Positions 55,602-64,000 of a stretch of DNA of 64,000 nucleotides are shown piece by piece. The stretch spans positions 579,556-643,555 of the forward strand of contig RDEW01000034.1 of the NCBI GenBank assembly GCA_011109175.1, read 5' to 3'. The notes under the pieces are model-generated. The model had not been told where the DNA came from and made no database searches. It worked only from the letters and a program-made list of their open reading frames with translations. Each line of letters starts with the position of its first letter. The stretch's first letter is position 1. This DNA is from Dicyema japonicum (Eukaryota; Animalia; Dicyemida). The translations under genes and the position numbers were made by a program.

Positions 55602-56438
55602 ATGTTCTGGTTTTTAGTAATTGTGTTAGGAATAATAGAGATTTGTATTACATTTTATAAAATAGCACTACAACAATACACACCATACTCTATGGAAGTG
55701 AAATTTGATAATTTCCCAGTAATTTACTTTATTAAAAATTAGGGAGACGAGATAGATTTTGTCATCGGTCAATATGTGTCATTAATGTTCAGGCTCTAAG
55801 AGAAGTTATGACTATAACCGAAGAGAATATTAATCCTGAACTTACCATAACAATAAGGTAATACAACAATTAATTCTTTTAGTCGTGGTCAAGAAAATTG
55901 TGATTACAGAGATAGTATTTTAACGGTAACAGTGCTACAAGATGCTGAAGTATAGATAATTTATATTAATAGATCTTGACTGGAAAAATATTAAAATGTC
56001 TGTTAAAAAATATTTTGCGAGGAAAAGAAGTAATAGACCCTCAACCCCGAGAATTTGATATACTACAGGACGAAAGTGGATGGTTAATAATGTAATATCA
56101 TTTTAGCGCAAGAATATTATCCGATGAACAAGTTTTATTCCTTCAAGGGATAAACAAATCAGACTTTTTGAATAGAATTGTAGGTTAATAAATTTTTAAT
56201 ATTAGAACAACCTACTGTTACGACCACCAGTACAACCACTACTCCTATACCTCCTGATGATGATGACATGGACACAGATGAGCAAAAAGATATCCATGAA
56301 GATTCTGAAAAATTAACCACCAAAGATCGCAGTAATATTGGAATAAATTGTATTATTATAATATATTCAGCATTCAATATTATTCATTTCCTGAATGCTC
56401 TAATTATTATTGGAGTTATCATTCAATTAGATTATTAA
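55602..56438 (+). pseudogene. Array surface-protein gene, copy 7 (exon 3 is 25 nt)
   Basis: 8-exon structure, otherwise open; ends IIQLDY*. Confidence 0.7.
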
Positions 56439-56579
56439 TAATTTGATTGGATTGGGTTCTCTAAATAAAAAGATTTATTAAAATAATTTTTGACTAAAAA
56501 ACTAACAGTTAACAATTATTGGATGCTCTGGTAATTGAGAACGCATTTCCTCGATGATTTGCATCGTAATGTGCTCAAT

Positions 56580-57457
56580 GGGTCAGCTTTTTTCTCTTCA
56601 TTCCTTTTTTTTTGATATGTTTATCAGGGTCAGAGACCTGTTTCTTATGATTCCTACCATCTCACGGTGACTGGTTAAAAAATGAATTGTCTATCGATAC
56701 ATTCGAAATTCTCATCTTTAGGGAATCTGTCTTTTCCGAGGCTGAGTCTGTATTAGATGTTCAAATATGATATCCGAGATATTCAAACAAGTGGCGTCCC
56801 AGCCGAGGTATGAGTCTGTATTAGATGTTCAAATATGATATCTGAGATATTCAAACAAGTGGCGTCCCATTTTCCCATGTAAAGAGATTTGTTTCTTCAG
56901 ACTTTTTGTTGGTTTAGGGAAGTCCGATAGGCTCAACTTGACACGAAAACCGACCGCTTATACTCCTCCACCAATAACTCAGATGATTTAACTGATTCTC
57001 GGATTCCTTTAACGACTCTTCCTCAAAAGAGAAAGTTAATACATTTAGCGTCGACCATTCTTCCACATCTACAGCTATTGATCACACAAACATCTATTTC
57101 GAGGCGGAAGCAAACCACAATTCTTGTGGCTTCGTCATCAAGTGTCCCAAATGAGTTGCATGAGAATGATGTGAGTCCTGCAACACTTCGGTTTGTCGAT
57201 GTAGAAACAATCGTGCCAAGTTATATCTCATCAATAGTCTGAGCATAAAAGTTTGTCCCAGTCTCGTTGTTTATTAGAGTTCTTTAGGAATCTCACACAT
57301 AGACGCATCCAGCATTCCTAAGCTGCCCATGTCACTGGTCAGAGACCAGTTCGCAAGGCTGTAATTAATTATCACCTCGATTGATTTCCAAAAATATTTT
57401 GGTCACTCCTGGTATCAAATTTCACAGACCAGTCAATAAGAGTTGAGATTTCTATTA
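56580..57457 (-). mobile_element. Decayed CRE-like 3' half at the right edge of the array, with a local 68-bp tandem duplication (56743-56870)
   Basis: Inverted homolog of 16282-17100; TGAGTCTGTATTAGATG... starts at 56743 and 56811. Confidence 0.75.
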
Positions 57458-57479
57458 TGATGCCTCATTTTTCCGAAAT

Positions 57480-58851
57480 ATTGTTAACATTTCCAAATTG
57501 GCATTTTTCGTGGATATAACTTCGCCTCTAAATGACCTATATTTGAAACTGCATGCATGTAATCAATTTATACACTAAATATATGCACAAATCACTGCTT
57601 TTGAAAAGAAATTGATGTTGTGGGTATTACAGTTACAAAAAGGAAATATGACGCATTTTTTGAATTTTCTTTCTACGAATGAATATGCAAACAGTTATGG
57701 AAATTAAAATTTATTAAATAGGACAAAACATCAGTTAGCTTCCGCCCTCACTCCCCACGTCCCAAACAAGTGGTTTCCCGGCCTCGAAGGGAAATATAAT
57801 CATCCCGTCCGGTCGTTTCCCGTCACTTCTGCATAACCTGACCGGTTCAAGAATGGCCGAGTATCCAGCAGCATCCATAGCCCGCTTGACAATCTCATTC
57901 AGAGCCTTGTGCCTTGGGAATCTACCAGCGCTCCTCTTGCAGGCGAGAGGGTCTAGGACATAACAGTCTATCAGGATGCCACATCGGCACGGGTGAGGTA
58001 CACATACTTTCAGTCCCAGCCGCATAGAGATAGTACTTCTAACGCATCCATTATCCAGAAAGGTGCCCAGAGCTCCATTTGGGATGGCGTTTAGCCAAGC
58101 TTCGCTCTCAGGGGAAGCCCCCGAAAGCAAACAAACGCGTCGGTGCTGATTGGCTGATTCCAGTAAGAGTCCAATTGATTCCAGCACATAAATTGTCCAG
58201 GTTTCGCTGGTAGTCTTGTGAAGGAAGCAGAGGGAGGTTGGTGGCATTCCAGGGTTCTCGTGCCTGGGTTATGTCTTGGTCAATTGAGAATTCGGGTAGG
58301 GAGTGTAGAATCCTTTTGACATGGAAGCTACAGCCTACTAGTGATTATAGGTATGAAGGGAGTGAAAGGTCCACAGGGTTCCGAATTCCAAATCCTCCGA
58401 GTCTCACTGGCAGCGTAGCTTGCTTCCATGAGTAATCCTCGAACCAAACGTTGAAAATACGTTCCGCGGTCGTTTTGGATTGAGATTAGAATTTTCATCA
58501 TGTTTCATGGATTTTAGAGTTTTGATATTGAAACAGAGACAGAACCAGATTGTTATTAAATGGAATTACTTGAAATTCAATGCGACAATACACTTAAAAT
58601 ATTTTATTTTTGGAAACACATTTTACGTGAACAGTTATTCTCCAAAATGAATAATGTAAAAAATTTTCAAAACAAGGATGACTGATATTAACGATATATT
58701 ACTTTTAGCTACCAGTGAGATTAACGTAGACATTATTACTTTATTAAAAAATAAATTCACTTCTTTGAAATTTTAATTTTTTTTTGTTTGGCCCGCATCT
58801 CATAAAAAATAAAATTTTGGCCCGCGATGCCAAAAAGCCTGTCGACCCCCG
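57480..58851 (+). mobile_element. hAT (SPIN/Charlie-like) transposon 3' part, interrupted by a CRE fragment
   Basis: NDLYLKL..AFEKKLMLW..QLQKGNMTHF and FGNT..EQLFSKMN; TTTGGCCCGC subterminal repeats; right end GTCGACCCCCG followed by ATCTAAAC. Confidence 0.75.
57715..58470 (-). mobile_element. CRE-like fragment (zinc knuckle + RLE start)
   Basis: ORF 57735-58247: AWLNAIP..LG..LD, CRCG..LAC..RHKALN, EP..RPDG..GKPLVWDV. Confidence 0.9.
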
Positions 58852-58864
58852 ATCTAAACTGTAT

Positions 58865-59135
58865 TTTCTTTAGTATCATTGTTGCTAAGTTTTCCACTTT
58901 TTAATATCTTCCCATTATCCAAGTATGGATCCTAACTTACTCACACTTCTCCATGTTTCTTCAACTGACTGGGCTTTCATTTTACTGTTTTTATGTCCCT
59001 CTTTTGGATATTCATTTCAATGACCATTTGTCGAATATTTCGAGTTCTCAGTTTAGGATTTTTTATATCGCCCATCTTGCATATTGTGGGAAGAAAAAGC
59101 CAAATCCTCAAATCTCTGTGCGTAATATTCGACAA
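58865..59135 (-). mobile_element. Decayed RTE-like RT remnant
   Basis: Reverse strand EETWRSVSKLGSILG..EDIK, comparable to KKLGSLLGDSEDI in 27336-29082. Confidence 0.45.
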
Positions 59136-59246
59136 TAAATCAATTTTGCTATTTTAAAATAAGTTTAAATTAAAATATTAATTATTTAATATTTGATAAA
59201 ATTTATATTTTATTTAAAACTTTTTAAAAATTGGCGGTTGGTGTTG

Positions 59247-59713
59247 ATGCAAAAATTGGAAACAAATTTAACTTATAAAGACATGGATGAGCTATTAGCT
59301 GCTGTGGAACAATTTGGGAATGAAACAAATTCGACATACCAACTTTCTGAGAGTCGGCCAATTTCAGATTGTCCCTTTGTGATCCCTAATAACAATCTTA
59401 ATTTTTACTCAGTCCGTTTCTGCTGCAGTCGAACCACATGCCATCAGAAATATTCTGCCGAGTTGATAAAAACACTAAGTCCTTAAAAGTTCTTAAATTG
59501 ATCCGCGGACACAACCACAAGACCGAATCAAAATCTCCTCAGAAATTTACTCCAAGGACCAAGAAACCCTTGTGGAACCGCGATGAGCGCTTTGTAGTAG
59601 CCAAGCAATTGACTGATAGATTGGCAGCGTTAGCCTCATATTCAGATGATCGTGTAGAGACGATAAGAAGATTACTAGAAGAGTGGGAGAATAATGGTTG
59701 TAAGTGTAGTTAA
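59247..59713 (+). pseudogene. MULE-derived (FAR1/ZSWIM-like N-terminal domain) coding segment with one frameshift
   Basis: FYSVRFCC..C^PSEIFC...LKVLKLIRGHNH fused directly to ERFVVAKQLTDRLAALAS..LLEEW; no DDE core; frameshift at ~59442. Confidence 0.5.
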
Positions 59714-60356
59714 TTATAGTGAATGAGGATGATATGTTTGTTGGACCTAAAAAACGAAGGAGGATTTGTTGACTTGTTTTTTAATATATTTAATTACCTC
59801 CAATGAATTGATATCATTCTCACAATCAATGGACGTATCTATTTCCCACGTGGGTAGGTTAAATGATGAATAGAGTTCAACTTGAGTCGAGTCAGAACTA
59901 AGTTTTAAATGAGTAGTTGAACTAGAGGGGATAGATGAAAGCATGTAATTTACACATATTCGATTTAAATGATAGTTTTATGTGGGCAATTAATATAATG
60001 TACATGTCCTTTATAGAACTATGTATATAATAGCTATGAACTTTTGTGTCGATTACGACAAAGGATTTATGTTCTGCTCATTATCTTCTTCATTTCCTAT
60101 AAGGCGTCAGTTGATCCACCTATCTCAGAGACGCTTACTTCCTGCCCAAAAAGGATCCCTCTTTACTTTACTGTAAGGTTCACAATGTAAAATATGGATG
60201 GACGTGATGATCGGACAGGATTACTCGATCAATGGATTAGTCATTATGTGTTAAATAAATAATATATAGTCGTATGTAAAGGAAAGTTATTAACATGTTG
60301 TGAGAACATTAATAAATTTATTTGAATTAATAATATCTGTTAAATTGTTATATAAA

Positions 60357-62874
60357 CATGCAACGCGCTTTCTATTCGGTGGCGTTAAAACTCTCTCGAG
60401 TTGGCAAAAATGTTGAAAGGGAAAGGGTCACTAGCGCTACCTGATGGTATGAATGTAATTCTTGCCATATCCGAGAGCGTTGTGGCAGATGACCCAAAAG
60501 AATGGGCGAGGCAGGTAGTCCTTCAGATACGTAGCAGGCTATCTCGAATGCCCTGAAATGGTTGGCCATATTTGGCGGAGCTCTGCAGTGGCAGATTCAG
60601 TACTGCTATATATATGAGTGAACTCAAGAAAATGGCTGTAGGCAAAGAGAGTACTGGTCTAAAGGGGCGGGGACCAGGTGACCACAACTGTCAAAGAGAA
60701 CACGAGCACCAGAGCTGTGATACGTTGCAGCTCAAGCATGTTTATGAGGTCTTCGCGCGGAATCTCACTGCAGTGGCAGATGTCCCACTTGAGGACCGTA
60801 GATTTACCCGCAAGATCCCTTATTGTAAGGTTAACGGAGTAGTGTTAACCTGCATCAATAAGGCTGTGGCTTATGCGGTGGAGGCTAAGCCAGTAGGGTC
60901 ACCGGGTGACATCTCCCTAGTGCTGTATGCAGGAATTGACGGACAAGCCCAGAACACCCAGTAAATGGAGGGGGCAGATCTGTGCCAAGATTGCTCGGAG
61001 ACAGATAGAGCTGGAAGCACTGGAGGGGCACTTAAGTAGTGTGGCGAGATGGGTTAAAGGAAAAGCAACGCTATAGTAAAGGGGCTAATTAGTAAACTCC
61101 GTGTTCCCAAATGGGACCTCATAGAGTTGAGGAGGGCAAAGGTGGAGTTAGAGGGGCAATAATGGTGTATAAGAGGAAACTCCATACACATGAAAGTCGG
61201 TGTAAGAGAAGGAGAGAAAATAATCTGTTTGAGTTTAATCGCAGATGTTTTACCGTCGCCTACACGAAAATAGCATAATGTGTTTCCAGGTTACATATAA
61301 AAATCTTTTGAAAGTATGGATTCAAAGGCTTAATGGCTCCCATCACTTGTATAAAGCTCTCGTAAAACCATTCCATTCTTACATATCTGTAACATGGAGA
61401 ATCTCAAAAACTTACGGACAAAGACTCACTTTTTTTCATAGAACAAACTTCTGTTTTTTTTGTATCATAGTATTTGGGTGTTACCGAAACTACACAGTTT
61501 TTTAAAAATTACTGAAGGCATCCGTAAAAGAGCAGCGTTATTGTGTAAGACGTTCTAAATGCAAGGAATTTGTTCCTAGCATTAAATGATTATGCTGTCT
61601 AGCTGCTAAACTACTACATAGGTGTTGTGGAGTTTGAGCCCAAAGAGTATGATGAGATGGATGTTATGATCCGTGGAGTACTCAGAGAGAACCATGTCCA
61701 TGTGCTGGCAGCCAATAAGGAGAGACTATATTTACCCGTGATAAATTCGGCCGTGGACTGTGTGGAGTAGTCCAACTAAGTGAGCGTATCCTAATGCGAA
61801 TGCACGACACCCTGATAGCTGGGTCAAGTGTGTCTGCTAGGAAGCACGCCATAATAACGACCGAGAAAACACGGGCAACCCACCTAGGCACTATCAGACC
61901 TTTTTGTCTGCTAAGTATGGTGTTGATGATGGTGGACTAGTAAATGTGAAGGCGTTGATCGAATTACAATATAATAATTTGATGGAAAAGATCAACTTAA
62001 AAAGCTTTCATAAGGTCCTCTTCAGAGCATTGGACAACCCACATGTCGACCTTAAATTGTCGACAATATGGCTAAAACACGGTGACAACTCGCGCTGTAC
62101 ACGTATATGCAAGACCGCAATATTTTTTGGGGTCGATCAACAAATACATGTCCCCACTTTAAGTCAAGGAGCATGTCGGTTGATCATTTAGCCACTCGAT
62201 GTGGATCCATGCTCTGCCACGACTATGTGTGGAGGCACAACGAGGTAGTAAGGAGTCTTCATCTTCTACTATGCAATAAGTATGGTATTCGCCACATCAG
62301 AAAGTTGCGGACTCATAAGGTGCAATCTGTAGTAGAGAACACTAGGGTTCAGATTAATATAGATAGTGTTGTCCGTACCTCGGTGCTAGTCAAGCACAAT
62401 AAACCGGACATTGTGGTACACGATATGGAGTCTGGGCAAGTCTTTTTCATAGAGGCTGGCATTACGTCTCAAGATTTTTGGCAGACTGTGGAAGTGGAGA
62501 AAAAAAGAAAGTATGACTTGCTTGCAATTGAGATGGGGCAGATGCTTGGTTGCAAAGTCCTCTTATTCCAATAGTAATGACGTGGGAATGAATTGCAACA
62601 AAGTACCACAAGGGTTATCTGAAGCAGTTGGGGGTAGATAGGATGCTCCAGGCCTATCTACAGTCCACTGTATTAAAGCGGACCCTAGAGAGCCTGACAC
62701 TGGAGTATAGGAAGCAGAGCCCTGAGATGCCATATGGACAGAGGGTTCAATTGGACAAGGCGCTCTCGGAGTTGTTTCAGCAACCAGAATCGAACCTGCC
62801 TGAGGAGGCTGGCGAACCAGGAAGGTTGTTGATTATTAAATATATTAACTTTTTATTGTTGGTTAAATAAAGTC
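60357..62874 (+). mobile_element. R4/Dong-like RLE non-LTR retrotransposon, internally deleted and degenerate
   Basis: ANKERLYLPR..GRGL, CPHF..DHLATRC...RHNEV, KPDIVVHD..IEAGITSQD..KKRKYDLLA, LKRTLES; flanked by imperfect direct repeats CTGTTAAATTGTT at 60337 and 62875 (probable TSD). Confidence 0.88.
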
Positions 62875-63069
62875 CTGTTAAATTGTTTATTAAATTTAAC
62901 TAAATAAATGATAACCAATTAAGGATAGAGTGATTGTTGTTTCTGACAAACTTGTAAAAATGGTGGACTAAATCTGTTAATGTTAAGCTTCAGTCTTTAA
63001 GAAGATCGAAAAGGCTTATGGAGAGTAATGTGAAATATCACCAGCTTTTTCCTTGTATTTTATTAATGT

Positions 63070-63214
63070 GAAGACCATTCATTGGTTCACCCTCAACGAT
63101 TCCTCTACGATTAGTTATAATAACTGTTCTTTACTTAAATAAAGTGTGTGTTCTGCACGAGTGAAACCTTAGGTATTTTACGTGCTTATGGCAACGCGGG
63201 AGTTCTTACTTAAC
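63070..63214 (+). mobile_element. 5'-truncated SINE of the same family with a different 3' tail
   Basis: Shares GAAGA.CATTC.TTGGTTC..CTACGATTAGTTA..AACTGTTCTTTACTTAAATAAAGTGTGTGT with 40526-40592, then diverges; CTTA-type tail; 10-bp TSD TTATTAATGT (63060-63069 / 63215-63224). Confidence 0.8.
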
Positions 63215-63691
63215 TTATTAATGTAAAAACTTTACTTATCCTTATTTTAGTTGTGCAAATAAGAAATTAAAAACAAATTTTGTCTCCCTTTAAAAAGTAG
63301 CTTACGACTAGATTAATGATCCTGCAGGAGATTCTCAAAATAATTGAGTACTCGCGAGACTCTCATATTCTGGAAATATGAATATTTTTTTTGGATTTGT
63401 AAATTCATAAAAATTTAAGAAAAAGTGAGAAAATGGTAATATAGCGGCTGCTCTGACTGCGTGGCTATTCCCTCTCAGGATGGAGAGCGAGAGTCGCTCA
63501 AATAACCACAGCGCTCATGGGGATCTCCTGGTCGTGCAGAAATCCGATTCCCTAGACGACTCAAGAATTCCAGCGTCGCATGTGCAATGAACCGTCTCAA
63601 CGGCGAGTAAAACGAAAAGAAAGTCATTGGGTAGGACCGCGTACTATTAATTAATTCAAAAATTATTAATAAAAAATCTAAATTTCAGATA

Positions 63692-64000
63692 CAGTCAAAC
63701 CTCTAAAACGACTCCTCGTATACCGGAATTCCTTAAGTCCGGACCTATTCACCTCATAGGCCATCACTGCTATTTCATCTTCGATATACCGGATCTCTTC
63801 TATTCCGAATACCGGCCGATTTTGTGGTCCCAACTTGAATTTTCTTTTATCATAAACCGGCTTTCTGACATCAATCTTTGATCTAATCCTATTAATCGTC
63901 TTTAACCTTGAATTGTGAACAACGATAGAGATATATATTGCGAACAACTCGACTACGTTGCGAATTGTCTTTAAAGAAGAAAATTCAAATAATAAATGAA
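63692..64000. mobile_element. Probable terminus of a pogo/Tigger-type element running off the window
   Basis: TA|CAGTCAAACCTC terminus followed by repeated ACCGG/TCCGG motifs. Confidence 0.5.

Larger units (their letters stand above)
32925..56600 (+). repeat. Tandem array: 7 gene-bearing segments and 6 spacers, unit ~3.65 kb (~3.98 kb with SINE)
   Basis: Homologous ATGs at 33031, 36678, 40669, 44316, 48282, 51937 and 55602 (spacings 3647, 3991, 3647, 3966, 3655, 3665). Confidence 0.97.

Noticed and set aside
32925-56600. CRISPR array, prophage or rDNA repeat
   Set aside because: No short repeat-spacer pattern, phage genes or rRNA motifs; the content is eukaryotic.
63678-63947. 89-aa minus-strand ORF as a gene
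   Set aside because: Overlaps a probable pogo terminus and subterminal repeats; no recognisable domain.
1-64000. Retron/DGR-type reverse transcriptase system or alternative genetic code
   Set aside because: All RT fragments carry non-LTR APE or RLE context. SmD1 and the array gene end at TAA, and stops inside TEs are of mixed type with frameshifts.

Overview
AT-rich eukaryotic DNA from a lineage with tiny (about 21-28 nt) spliceosomal introns, so the real host genes are invisible in the ORF track. Most of the window is decayed transposable elements: CRE-like and R4/Dong-like RLE non-LTR elements, RTE- and Jockey-like APE LINEs, pogo/Tigger, hAT, MULE, and an intron-containing Ginger2-like element with nested insertions. 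One housekeeping gene is recognisable: SmD1 (13349-13781), with three 25-26 nt introns, one of them GC-AG. The main feature is a ~23.7 kb tandem array (~32925-56600, unit ~3.65 kb) carrying seven copies of an 8-exon, 7-micro-intron gene; an eighth, inverted copy lies at 17218-18053. The gene encodes a ~220 aa protein with a predicted signal peptide, an ectodomain, a Thr/Pro stalk, an acidic patch and a hydrophobic C-terminal (GPI-like) tail. Its copies carry mosaic amino-acid variants, making it a candidate variant surface-antigen family. A tRNA-derived SINE family occurs with three different 3' tails; one tail matches the 3' end of an RTE LINE in this window, and two SINE copies sit exactly at the start codon of array genes. 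Every array copy has at least one small indel, often in homopolymers, so pseudogenisation cannot be separated from assembly error without reads. All family assignments come from motif recognition by eye, not from database searches.
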